DNA of 63,959 bases, from NCBI RefSeq assembly GCF_001194135.2, contig NC_068991.1:8819905-8883863 (forward strand). The letters run 5' to 3'. Both the position numbers and the translations under genes were made by a program. The stretch comes from Octopus bimaculoides. Taxonomy: Eukaryota. Within the stretch, counting starts at the first letter, position 1. Each line of letters begins with the position of its first letter. The notes beneath the pieces are model-generated. The model did no database searches and was not told the DNA's origin. It saw only the letters and a list, made by a program, of their open reading frames with translations. Shown piece after piece: positions 51,313-63,249 of this stretch.

Positions 51313-51532
51313 CAGGGTGATTGAAAAGTAAATCTCTATTTTAAAATACTTATAAATTATTTATTAGTTGTAATTTTTATTTAAAAAATTGGATATGCGA
51401 AGAAAGCTTTTAGTATAACGTTTTATTTATACTTAAAAAAACAAGCACAAAAAGTTTGAGAAAAAAAAATTACAATTAAATAAATAAATATTTATAAGTA
51501 TTTTAAAATAGAGTTATTTTTCAATCACCCTG
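51313..51532. mobile_element. Tc1/mariner-type MITE, 220 bp, TA target-site duplication
   Basis: TA-CAGGGTGATTGAAAAGTAAATCTCTATTTTAAAATACTTATAAAT ... ATTTATAAGTATTTTAAAATAGAGTTATTTTTCAATCACCCTG-TA; ~50-bp TIRs. Confidence 0.9.
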
Positions 51533-52537
51533 TACATATCAGAAATTTAGGTGACAAAAATATTCCATTTATAACAGTATATATTTGTGATTATGGTTTA
51601 TGATTTAGTAGTGTACACCGACACTTATCCAANNNNNNNNNNNNNNNNNNNNNNNNNNNNNNNNNNNNNNNNNNNNNNNNNNNNNNNNNNNNNNNNNNNN
51701 NNNNNNNNNNNNNNNNNNNNNNNNNNNNNNNNNNNNNNNNNNNNNNNNNNNNNNNNNNNNNNNNNNNNNNNNNNNNNNNAATGTTAGGTGAAATGGCAGT
51801 GTATGTGTCTGTGTGGCGGGGGCAGGGTGTTTTTTTGGGGGGGACTAGATAGGAGTGGACAGGTATTTTAGGAAGGGGGCAGAATGTGTGTTACAAGTTG
51901 AACTCGGAGTAGAACGGGGATGAACTAGAAGACTACACAATGATTGGGGGTGGGATGATGGTGGGCAACTCCGATAAAGATGAGTGAGATGATGGTATTT
52001 ACTAGATGTGTTGCCATTGTTGTTGAAATGGCCTCATAATACACCCATTTTCTCGTCGTCAGGGTGGAGTGAGCGTGGGAATTGAAGGAAGGCGAGGATC
52101 GTAAAATGGAGGGTATGGAGAGTGAGGAAGAGAAAGAGAGAGAGGGAGGGGGTGGGGGTAAACACATGGTACAAACAGCAATTGAAAAACTCTCCTTGTT
52201 TTGTTGCCACTGGTCGGTTGTGTGTATTGAGTGCGTGTGTTTGTATTTAGTGTTATGAATGTGTGTATATGTTGTGTTTCTGTATGTTTGCTTTATTTTG
52301 TGTATGTGTATTTTGGATGACGACTGTTGGGTATAATTTCATTCTCAGCAAATATGCGTGATTTGTGTAGGTGGGTATTCACGAGCTGGCCGAAACTTCG
52401 AAGTCACTGCCAACAACGTTCTTGTTTAAGAATAATAAATTTGCATCCTACAAAGTATACAGTAACCCATTAGATTAAAGTAAAATTATTTTTATTATAA
52501 CTGAACTTAAAAACAAACATTAACACACACACACGCA

Positions 52538-52572
<35 letters not shown>

Positions 52573-52675
52573 TGTGGGTGGGTGGGTATTTATTCTGCGT
52601 GTACATCAGGTATGCACTTGACTGTTATACACACACACACATATATACACACACATGCATAGATTCATATATCAT

Positions 52676-53010
52676 AGGCGCAGGAGTGGCTGTGTGGTAA
52701 GTAGCTTGCTTACCAACCACATGGTTTCGGGTTCAGTCCCACTGCGTGGCACCTTGCACAAATGTCTTCTACTATAGCCTCGGGCTGACCAAAGCCTTGT
52801 GAGTGGATATGGTAAACGGAAACTGAAAGAAGCCCGTTGTGTAAATGTGTGTGTTTGTGTGTCTGTTTGTCCTCCACCCACATTGCTTGACAACTGATGC
52901 TGGTGTGTTTACGCCTCCGTAACTTAGCGGTTCGACAAAAGGTACCAATAGAATAAGTACTAGGCTTGCAAAGAATAAATCCTGGGGTCGATTTGCTCGA
53001 CTAAAAGGCG
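52676..53010 (+). mobile_element. SINE family A
   Basis: GGCGCAGGAGTGGCTGTGTGGTAAGTAGCTTGCTTACCAACCACATGGTTTCGGGTTCAGTCCC head. Confidence 0.9.
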
Positions 53011-53435
53011 ACACACACACACACACAAGAGAACGTGTGTTAGTTGTCAGATTGTTTATTACTGTGTAGTTTTAATGTATGTACGTGTATTTTGACTACG
53101 TGCGCATAAACGTTTCCATTTTCTGTATGCATGTGAGATCTGTTGTGTATAATGTGTATTTGAGAAGACTTCATGGTTTTTGGGGTGTGTTTGTATGTAC
53201 GTAAGCGGCAGGACTGAGTAGTTAAAAAAAAAAAAAAAATACACCTACCCACACTATCGAATTAACTCTATACCTTTCCCTGATTTATTATGAAATTAAT
53301 AATAATAATAATAATAATAATGATGATAATGATAATAATTTGAGGCTCTGCTAGCTTCTCTGTTGACTTCTGAAGTGGGGAAGAGGTACACGTGTTGTAA
53401 TCTATTGTGTTGATTGGCAGCCATTGTTATATGGT

Positions 53436-53454
53436 TGGCCGACAGGGGGCGCGC
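53436..53454 (+). promoter_or_regulatory. CTCF-like motif TGGCCGACAGGGGGCGCGC
   Basis: Matches the CCRSYAGRKGGCRS-type consensus at all but one position; ATTGG box at 53413. Confidence 0.45.
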
Positions 53455-56046
53455 TGAGTGGCTGTGTATGATATGAGTCAGAGATTTTCAATGCAGCTCA
53501 GTAAAGCTTTTCTTCTTTTCAAACATTCATTTAAAAAATTTTTTCTCCTCTTCTAAATCTATTTACAGATGTAGGGCTAGAAGAGGGTGGGTGTTGCCTA
53601 TCCCTTTTTTTTTTGTATTGTGTGTGTGTTTTTTTTTTCTGGTACTGGTACAACCCTGGGAAAAATGGCCCAAAAGGGTGGTTTCTTGTATGCAATTGTA
53701 AAAGTTGTTTACTTCCACCAGTTCCCCCCAAATCCTTCTTTTCTGTTGCTTTCTTATTGTTCATGTTCTAGATGGCGTTCTCATTTCTTTTGTTAGCACA
53801 CAGACTATTGTAACAATATTTTGGAAGAGATAAATGAAATAGTGAGGCGTGATAGTTTTAAACATCATAACAGATTTGTGTGCGTATAATAACAACGATG
53901 ATGTTGAGTCCTTTGTTAGTTCTGACTGGACAGGTCGTCATCTTTTTTGTCAGTTTCGTCTTAAGGCGTGAGCAACACTGGTCAGTTACCCGAGGTTCCC
54001 ACGAGTCTAAGAACCCAACGCTAATTTAATATGTTGCTGTGTATGTAAGGGGCTTTTGCATATTGCTTCGTGGTGGGGAGGCATATAATTATGTTAAAAT
54101 GGCCCTACTTTTACATATCTATGGCTATATTATCTAATTTAGTAGATCTTAAACTTTTGCAGCTCAGCGTCCACTTTTCACGCAATAGCGTTTTACAAAC
54201 GCTCTTCCCTATATCTTGAAAAACGAACCAAACAAGAGCTGCAAAATATTTTAATAAAACAGAATCTAATTTGTTGCAGTGGTTTATCATCCATGTTTGA
54301 TTATGCTATGCCACCCAGTATGTGCCTCTGTTTAGAGTTCGTGTGGGTAGTGCTCTTTTATCAAGTTCTTTTTATGGTTAAAAATCTTAAAAATGAGGTA
54401 ACTTCCTCTTAGTTCGATTTTAAAAGAGTAGGCGGATGTGGGAAGAGGGGTGATGCTGAACGTGTTAAATATTTAGCTGTGGAATGGGAAAGGAGCTAAA
54501 ATGGCCGAATCTCGCTCCAGCACACCAATACAAACAAATGACATACATGTGAATATTCAAACGACTCCCTTGACAGCGCATTATCCCAACCGGGGGCATT
54601 AGTGTCTGGGACCTAAGTCAAGCGAGGGCTTTTTGTTTGTTTGTTTGTTGGTTTGTTGCTTTCATTTTTTTCTCAATAAACAAAAAGGCTTCACCGGAAG
54701 TTACTGCTTCATCAAAGGCATTTCTTTGTATGTATTCATTCATTGTTTCCCCCCCCCCTATTTATTTCTCTCCATCACCCCCTCCCCGTTTCACATACTT
54801 TTGATGCATTTCGCATTTATTTCTATGTTCATTATTCTGCGGATTCCACTGAAGCTATTTTACCCAGTGGAGTTGGGTATTTGTTTGTTTGTTGTTATTT
54901 ACACTCCAGTATGGAAGTAACAGGAAATACCCAACGTTATTTCCGCTGAATTTCCTACGTCTCTAACCATTTACATTCATCACCATTGATAAAGAACTTA
55001 CTGTTGAAAATCGAGGCGCAATTTTCATTAACATTACTAGATTAATGGCGTTGTTATTTTCATATTTCGAAGCTTCCACAACTCGCCGGCTGATTTTATT
55101 TTATAGAGAAGTAATGGCGAAGCGGATAAGTCATTGCCTCGTTGGTCTGATTTCGTACTCTCTCAAGTTATTTTGTTCATCCTCATCAAATTTTATCTGA
55201 CAATAATGAAACTGTATATCTCAAATGGAAAGATCGTAGTTCAAAGTATCGATAGTTTGTATTCCATCAACATGCTTTGCACTAAATCTAGTTAATCTAT
55301 TTGGAATAGGTACCGCATGCGTGGACGAAACTTGGTAGAAGGAACGAAAGCAGTTAAATTAGTTTTGTTTGTTCGTAATCATCATTATCATCGTCATCAT
55401 CATCATCATGCCCTGGACATAACTGTCTCGAGTCTTAGGACTCACAGAGCCAATTACCGGGTTTCCAGCGCGTATTTAGTGACCGAGATAACAATATTGC
55501 CCCTGTGCGGGACAGCAGGTCGTCTCAGGGTTACTCATTTGCATCTGAGCAACGTGAAATGAAGTGTTCTGTTCCCTGTTCGGGAATCGAACCCACGATC
55601 TTACGATCGTGAGTGCAACATCCTAACCACTAAGCCACTTTACTTCTTTGTATTGCTCTGATTATTGCTGTGAAATTTATTGATTGGCCACAAAAATACA
55701 TTGGGGGAAAACTATATTAAATAATTTTCATCAAAATTCCTATAGATGTATTGTCTGCAGAATTAATTCTCGAAGTGGACACTAGAGAGCGCTGGAATTG
55801 CCCAAATGGTGGGGCGATATGAGTGAAGGCATTTATAAAGGGCTGTTAAGTTTATTGTTACATTTTTTAAATTTCCCGTGTTATTTTCTAGCATTGTGAG
55901 ACATCCTTAATAAAACAAGGGGCTCTGAGAAACGAGGTGTAAAGTCAAGGGGGCGATGAACTAATAGCGTATTGCAGTCACTGAGAATCGTTATCAGCTC
56001 GATCCCTAATCAAAATATTTCTTTTAATGTTTCTTTTAGACCGCTC

Positions 56047-56092
<46 letters not shown>

Positions 56093-56309
56093 NNNNNNNN
56101 NNGGGCTGTTAAGTTTATTGTTACATTTTTTAAATTTCCCGTGTTATTTTCTAGCATTGTGAGACATCCTTAATAAAACAAGGGGCTCTGAGAAACGAGG
56201 TGTAAAGTCAAGGGGGCGATGAACTAATAGCGTATTGCAGTCACTGAGAATCGTTATCAGCTCGATCCCTAATCAAAATATTTCTTTTAATGTTTCTTTT
56301 AGACCGCTC

Positions 56310-56360
<51 letters not shown>

Positions 56361-56371
56361 CCCCCCACATC

Positions 56372-56636
56372 TGGGGCAGGCATGGCTGTGTGGTTAAGAA
56401 GCTTACTTTTGTAACCATGTGATTTTTGAGTTCAGTCCCATTATGTCGTACTTTGAACAAATGTCTTCTACCATGACCTCGGGTCGACCACTGCCTTGTG
56501 AGTGAATTTAGTAGACGGAAACTGTGTGGAAGCCATCATAATGTGTGTGTGTGTCTTTGTGTTTGTGTCCGGCCACCACTTGACCATCAACGTTGCGTTG
56601 TTTTCGTTCTCGTAACTTAGCGATTTGGCAAAAGAC
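56372..56636 (+). mobile_element. SINE family A-related, diverged
   Basis: Head GGCAGGCATGGCTGTGTGGTTAAGAAGCTT...GAGTTCAGTCCC and diverged body. Confidence 0.7.
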
Positions 56637-57257
56637 TCCATGTCAATTCAACGGTGAAAGTGTTCTCGCTGTTTTACCTCAGATTGCCCCAAATTGAAAA
56701 AAAATGTATCACTAAAGGCTCTATACCCGTGACCATCTTATATACATATCATCTGTATACCAAGGACAACTTTGTCCAATATAAACTTCTTTAAGACGGT
56801 TGTAGGATTGAGCGAAAATTGATTGTTATCTCTAACAGGTAGAGCGACCATGTAGAGGCTCTCTTGATGGTCTGGCCTGGCTCTAGAGAAGGACAGAGTA
56901 TATAAAGTTCATCAGTTTAATGTAGCCATGTTTAAGTACACTAACGAACACACGTTTACAAGCCATAACTCTCCCGATTTCTTCTTTCGTGCAGCGTGCG
57001 TAAATGGTTCTGCACACATACTGGATATTTTAAAATATCAAAGTTACTGAGCTTATCCATGTTTCCTTTTAAGACGATAGGATGTGATTTGAGGGTGATA
57101 TGACCGCTCAGAAATTTCCTAGTTCATTTGTGCTGCTTATCTGTACTATTTATACTCCTGTTTATTCCTAACAATTATCATAGCAAAAGCATAATTGACG
57201 GCTGTATTACCCTACCTATTACCTATCAGTGAGTCAGACCGTCTTTCTCCCTCATAC

Positions 57258-57308
<51 letters not shown>

Positions 57309-57627
57309 GGAAGGTGATATAGAATTGATGGAATTATGAAAAGATTAGTTTGTGTTCAAGGACCAAAGACTTGAAAAAGTTGTGGACAGAAACTTTCCTC
57401 AACTCGGTTTTTAATTTTTTTTTTATGTAACACGGATGTCGTCTGCATTTGAAACATCCGACTTCTTATCTTTTGAGCTAGTAAATAAACATCATATTAA
57501 TCCGATATGTTATAACAACTACACTGATTTAAATTGCCTTTTGTAATGACGTTTTAATATTGACTTTGTTTTCTTTTCTTTTTAGTGTCGTCTGATTCCC
57601 ACATTTGATGAAGAAGANNNNNNNNNN

Positions 57628-57661
<34 letters not shown>

Positions 57662-57670
57662 GCCAGCATT

Positions 57671-58468
57671 ATGTTGGTGGCCAGAGACGAATTCCAAAGC
57701 AGCTGTTGCTGTACTGAATATCCCCAGGATTCCATACCTTTGGACCTCAGCGCTTCTTCACAAAATAATCAGAATGCCCAGACTTGTGAAATCGTAGTAA
57801 GTGATGGCGCAAAGTTCACCTTAGATTGTCATGCCCTTTCAAGGCACAGTGGTTATTTCCGTTGGTTATTTAAAGATTCCTATCCCAATAATCGGTCACC
57901 GATTACCTTAGACAATATTAACCGGACTGAATTCCAGAGAATTTTAGATTATATTAACACGGGTAGCATTGACCTTGATATGGTAAACATAGAAAATGTT
58001 TTACAAACTTGTCAGTACCTTTTACTAACACAGCTAACTGGATATTGCGAACAGTTCCTCCTCACCAAATTAGACACACACTGGCTACAGATTTTAGGGT
58101 TAACTGGTGAGTTTTGCTTGCTTCTTGTTGGACCAGCGCTGCTCGATTTCCTAATGAAAAAATTCGAAACTATTAGCAAAGATGTCGACAGGTTTAACCG
58201 AATCCCTTTTGAAGTTCTTTTTTCATTGGCCCAGAGCCCCCAACTAAAAGTTCCCTCTGAATTCTTTCTTTTTAAACAGATTGTGAAATGGATAAATTAT
58301 GATTTTGAGGCACGAGCTGATTGCTTTGACCATTTTATGACGGTGGTACGACTTCCAGTAATGTCACGAGACGAACTCGAAGAAGTAGCAATGCATTTCA
58401 ATCCCTGCGTTTATACACCAGCACTGCACATGTTACATTTTTTGCTGAATAACTCTCAACAGACATGA
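57671..58468 (+). CDS. BTB/POZ + BACK domain protein (KLHL/KBTBD-like N-terminal half), 265 aa from ATG 57671, no Kelch repeats before the stop
   Basis: BTB motifs (CEIVVSDG.KF...CH..L...SGYFR.LF; F..ILDYINTGSI.L...N.E.VL..CQYLL...L...C..FL) then BACK motifs (F..I....L..L...P.LKVPSEF.LF..IVKWI.YD...R......M..VRLP.M). Candidate splice acceptor TTTTCTTTTCTTTTTAG ending 57585. The 5' end is uncertain because of an N gap and poly-A run at 57618-57659. Confidence 0.82.
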   Translation: MLVARDEFQSSCCCTEYPQDSIPLDLSASSQNNQNAQTCEIVVSDGAKFTLDCHALSRHSGYFRWLFKDSYPNNRSPITLDNINRTEFQRILDYINTGSIDLDMVNIENVLQTCQYLLLTQLTGYCEQFLLTKLDTHWLQILGLTGEFCLLLVGPALLDFLMKKFETISKDVDRFNRIPFEVLFSLAQSPQLKVPSEFFLFKQIVKWINYDFEARADCFDHFMTVVRLPVMSRDELEEVAMHFNPCVYTPALHMLHFLLNNSQQT

Positions 58469-58633
58469 CAGAATGGCGAGTGTAAAAAAAAAAAAATGGC
58501 CGAATATATGAGACCGGATTGACAGCCATCACAAATTTTGAACTTCGAATTCAGAACAAGCATTTCATTATGTCTCTTGCTTAGAGGTCACGTAATTCTG
58601 CTTCGCCTCAGCTGACCAAGCTGTTGATAATCA

Positions 58634-59128
58634 CCGTATTTGATGGCATTAGCCCTTAAACGGCAGGAAAGGTTTGCATGAGTGGGGATGCCAAACATGG
58701 AAAAAAAAAAAATTATTTTTGTTATGAGGAGTTTTTGTGTTTATTTTCACTTAAAACTATAATAATTGTTGGTCTCTCGCACAATAAAATTTACAATCTA
58801 TTATCGAAAAGTGCCGTAAAATATTCACTTTCCTTTGCATCCGGCATGAGCATAAATTCATTTGAGACACCCGCATTGTAAGAATGTACATCAGTTGGTA
58901 ATGTCTCTTGTTCTCTTATGGAACATCAATTGATGATGTCCGCCGTTTTAAGGGTTAAAGAAAGACGCATGGGTATATTAGAAGCACTCTAATTTCAGCA
59001 GAGCATATTCAGGAAAAAGAAAAGGAAATGTACATTAAAGCATGTAATAGAGGCTCATTTTCAGCTACAAGATCCACGGTGTTTTCTTTTCTTCTGAAAA
59101 AGTGCGTCTTATATGCCCTCAAATACAG
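58634..59128. mobile_element. pogo/Tigger-type MITE, ~495 bp
   Basis: Left CCGTATTTGATGGCATT versus reverse complement of the right end CTGTATTTGAGGGCATA; right flank TA. The preceding AAAAAGTGCGTCTTAT motif is typical of this MITE class. Confidence 0.7.
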
Positions 59129-60177
59129 TAGGCACTGAGATCGTCTGAGAATGTTCCTTGCTCTCTGCATTATGCTGCTGCCCTGTTTGTGGAGAGATTG
59201 ACCTTTTGCCCACTTTGTCATGAAACCAGTACAAACCATTGGTCTTTATTAGGTCTTTGAGACGTTTATCGTTATTTTTTCCCCCACTAGGATGGCAACC
59301 ATCTCCCAACAAAACAGATATTTCTCTGTTACCTTAAACAAGTAAATTATCGGGATTTGTTTTCTTTCTGTTGCCAGAAATAAGTTTCTTTGTCAAACCA
59401 GCCTTTTTTTTTTCTTTCATTTTGCCCCGAGAAGACCTGTTAATTACTATGGTTTCTTGACATACAGCAAATATATTTTGCTGTTGTCCATTAATGTTTT
59501 GTTCTGTCGTCTGACCCACTCTTTAACAATCCATCCATGGGCAATCTTTCGGTAAAAGTCTTTGACATCACGAACGACATTGTGTCTCATCTGCTCGACA
59601 GAGCTGAACTCTCAAACACACACTTGCACACGCACACACACTCATGACTGACGTCATTTATTAATACCGAAACATTGCCCAGTCACGTGTATTATTACGG
59701 TAAATTTTAAGTCAAGTACTTATTCTATCGGTTTCTTTTTATTGAAGGAAGTTACGTGGAACGTAACCAACCATTACACGGTGCCATACGGTAAAAGACA
59801 AACACGAAGACAATCTCCATATATATATCTTCAAATATGTGTGTGTGTGTATAAAGAGAGAGAGAACATTCGGGTTCAAATTGTATTTTTTAATTTTACT
59901 TTTTGTTCAGGATCTAAACTTGATGAAATTGAAATAAAATTTAAAATTTAAAATTTCACCTTTTAATAGGAGAAATTCTATCGAAAACAAACTAAAAGTC
60001 TGGATCCGATTCAATAACAAATAAATTTTTTATATTTTATATAGAATTTCGATAAATGATCGACAAATTTCAATTTCTTCTTCATTTTTTTTCTCTCGTT
60101 TTAATTACAGTTTATAGACAAGTTTATGTTTAACAATGAGTTGGCAGAATCGTTAAGCACGCCGGGCGAAACGCTTT

Positions 60178-60555
60178 ACTCTTTTACTTGTTTCAGTCAT
60201 TTGACTGCGGCCATGCTGGAGTACCGCCTTTGGTGGAGCAAATCTACCCCATGACTCATTCTTTGTAAGCCTAGTACTTATTCTATCGGTCTATTTAGCC
60301 GAACCGCTAAGTTACGGGGACGTAAACACACCAGCATCGGTTGTCAAGCGATGTTGGGGGGACACAGACACAAACATATACACACACATACATATATATA
60401 TATATACATATATACGACGGACTTCTTTCAATTTCTGTCTACCAAATCCACTCACAAGGCTTTGGTCAGCCTGAGACTATAGTAGAAGACACTTGCCCAA
60501 GGTGCCACGCAGTGGGAATGAACCAGGAACCATGTGGTTGGTAAGCAAGCTACTT
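60178..60555 (-). mobile_element. SINE family A nested inside a family B copy
   Basis: The family B head (60138-60178) and body (60556-60700) flank it. Confidence 0.85.
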
Positions 60556-60701
60556 ACGTTCTGAGTTCAAATTCTGCCGAGGTCGACTTTGCATTTCATC
60601 CATTGGGGTCGATAAATTAAGTACCAGTCAAACCCTGGGGTTGATGTAATCGATTCATCCCCACCACCCCAAATGGCTGCCCTTGTGGAAAAATTTGAAA
60701 C

Positions 60702-60740
<39 letters not shown>

Positions 60741-60756
60741 CATTATTATTAATTAA

Positions 60757-60975
60757 GGCGGCGGGATGGCAGAATCGTTAAGCACGCCAGGTGAAAATGC
60801 TTAGCGATATTTCGCTCGTCGCTACGTTCTGAGTTCAAATTCCGCCGATGTCGACTTTGTCTTTCATCCTTTCGTGGTCGATAAATTAAGTACCAGTTGA
60901 GTACTGGGGTCAATGTAATCGACTTAACCCCACGTCCACCCCAATCCGGTTTTTGTGCCTATAGTAGAAAGGATT
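60757..60975 (+). mobile_element. SINE family B, full-length
   Basis: GGCGGCGGGATGGCAGAATCGTTAAGCACGCC...TTCTGAGTTCAAATTCCGCC. Confidence 0.85.
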
Positions 60976-61045
60976 ATTATCATTCTTAATCGGCAGAAAA
61001 TACAGACTGACTCCAGGATTTAGTTTTGCGCATTGGCTCTCATCA

Positions 61046-61320
61046 AACATGTGTATATAAAGGGACAATTTACATGTATTTGTGTATATAAGCATACAGT
61101 TATATGTATTTGTGTATATAAAGGTACGAATTATATGTATTTGATGTATAGAAAAGTACAAATTACTTGTGTTTGTGCGTATAAAGATACAAATTATGTT
61201 TGCGTTTATAAAATTTAAGATTACATGTTTGTGTATATAGATATGCAAATTAAGTATTTGACTGTACAAAGTTACAAATTGCGTATATAAAGTACAAGTT
61301 AATATGTTGCTTGCATAATT
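61046..61320. repeat. Degenerate ~30-bp minisatellite (TACATGTATTTGTGTATATAA.GTACAAAT-like), about 9 units
   Basis: Periodic recurrence of ATGTATTTGTGTATATAA and TACAAATT. Confidence 0.75.
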
Positions 61321-61355
61321 GTAAAGTTTCTACTTAAGTGAATTAAGGTACAGAT

Positions 61356-61390
<35 letters not shown>

Positions 61391-61392
<2 letters not shown>

Positions 61393-61774
61393 AGGCGCAA
61401 TGGCCCAGTGGTCAGGGCAGCGGAATCGTTGTCATAGGATCGCAGTTTCGATTCCCAGACCAGGCGTTGTGAGTGTTTATTGAGCGAAAACACCTAAAGT
61501 TCCACGAGGCTCCGGCAGGGGATGGTGGCGAACCCTGCTGTACTCTTCCACCACAACTTTCTCTCACTCTTACTTCCTGTTTCTGATGTACCTGTAACTC
61601 AAAGGGTCAGCCTTGTCACACTGTGTCACGCTGAATATCCCCGAGAACTACGTTAAGGGTACACGTGTCTGTGGAGTGCTCAGCCACTTGCACGTTAATT
61701 TCACGAGCAGGCTGTTCCGTTGATCGGATCAACTGGAACCCTCGACGTCGTAAGCGATGGAGTGCCAACAACAA
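61391..61774 (+). mobile_element. tRNA-derived SINE family C, full-length with (ACA)n tail
   Basis: Head GGAGGCGCAATGGCCCAGTGGTCAGGGCAGC...GTTTCGATTCCCAGACC; body near-identical to 34748-35057. Confidence 0.85.
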
Positions 61775-62169
61775 TATGTGTATGTAAAAGACACCCATGC
61801 GTATGTGTGTGAAAATTCACAAACACATTGTGTATGTGAAAAATAATAGCTGAAGTGCCTCTACGTCTGTTTTTTTTTCAATAAATAGTCAAGTGTTTGA
61901 TTTTGATGATAATATAAATAACTGTATCCTACAAAATAATGCCACAGCAGAGAATTATATACCAAGACTATTTTTTGTTCTGTTTTTCTACCTCTATCAC
62001 CACTGGGACTGTAGAAATGTACAAATAAAACATTTGATATTTTTTGTTGTTGTCTTTATTAATTATCATATGAAGTTATGTGAGGCTGTTTGTGTCGCAT
62101 GTAGAACTAGTCTAAATATCAAACAAGTCCATCGACAAGATGGCTCCGTCGTCCTCTTTGATCGAGAAG

Positions 62170-62640
62170 ACTAGTAGTTTCCCTGTCTGATGCATATAAA
62201 TTCCCAACCGCTCTTTTCATATTTCCTGGCGTCTAGCAAGATCTTGACGTTGCTGCACGGAGTGAGCCAGAGATGGATACATTTCCCATTCTGAAGCAGC
62301 AGGGCATTGAGGCTCCCGGATGAGCTGCTAGAGAGTACTTTTTCGCTCTTGACTTGATGAATTCTCCATAAACATAGCAAAGTGCATCTGCCGGATGCTT
62401 ACAACCACTTGATGCCATCTGTGACGAATGCAGCTTTTAACGACGACTTGTCTCCACTTAGACATCCAAAAGTAAACTGAACTGTTGAGTTTACAATCCT
62501 TGTATTTATACTGCCATCTATGTTGCCAGAACGTTCTAGGCATTCTTAAAACTTTTAGAAACTTCTCAAAAGTTCCTGAAATTCCCTAGAAAGTTCTAGA
62601 AAATTCTGCTTCAGCAACTCAGCACTAAATCTGTCTGAAA
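62170..62640 (-). mobile_element. Internally deleted Chapaev3-like (CMC group) DNA transposon relic
   Basis: N-terminus MASSGCKHPADALCYVYGEFIKSRAKKYS (ATG 62418) joined to LNALLLQNG...SNVKILLDARKYEKSGWEFI. This resembles recalled Chapaev3 motifs (C.H.PD.FCY.CG.F; SLKAVLLHNGN...LLD.LKY...W..IGD). Family assignment from memory. Confidence 0.5.
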
Positions 62641-62894
62641 ATGTAATGGAAAATAGGCCAGTTTCAAAAGACTGATGTCAAGGTAACTAAAGCAGAGCTT
62701 GAAAGGAATAGCAGACATTTCCTTTGATTTCTAGATAGAAGCAAATAGGAAATAATACTCACTGACCAAAGACTAAATAAATAAATAAATAAATAAACAA
62801 ATAGAATGAAATAAAAATTTTATTACGCAGTTTCATATATCAACTTGATTAGGGCTGATCCGGAACTAAACAGTAATGAAAGTAAAGACCATGG

Positions 62895-63085
62895 GTTCTA
62901 ATTTAGGCACTTGACAAGCAGTTTTAAGTGGGGACGTTAATCGACACCATCGAATCCAGTACTTGGCAAGTACTTTAGTTTATCTATTGCGGTGGGATGA
63001 AAGTTGATCTCGGCGGCATTAGAACTCAGAATGTAAAAACTCATAACTAAAAAACGCAATGCATTTCCCCTCGATGCTCTAACGA
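62895..63085 (-). mobile_element. SINE family B, diverged
   Basis: CTCGGCGGCATTAGAACTCAGAATGT motif. Confidence 0.55.
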
Positions 63086-63249
63086 CTCTACAAAGAAACA
63101 GCAATAATGGTATTGTCTACAAGTGAAGACACGTAGCTTAATGGTTAGCGGTTGCCTAAACTGTTGTCTTCATTCACACATTCTTAGAAAGAAATGATGT
63201 ACATTCAGCTTAATCTGCTGGTAATTATTTTATTGGTTTTCAAACCCAA

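Noticed and set aside
55300-55345. GGACGAAAC hammerhead half
   Set aside because: No upstream CUGANGA and no stem I.
55840-56355. ~250-bp tandem duplication ending in (CT)n
   Set aside because: Identical copies either side of a 10-N gap; assembly artefact.
59330-59610. Minus-strand 51-codon frame SVEQMRHNVVRDVKDFYRKIAHGW...
   Set aside because: Short, unrecognised, and without convincing splice sites.
61391-61465. SINE heads as tRNA genes
   Set aside because: They lack a full cloverleaf and continue into repeat bodies.
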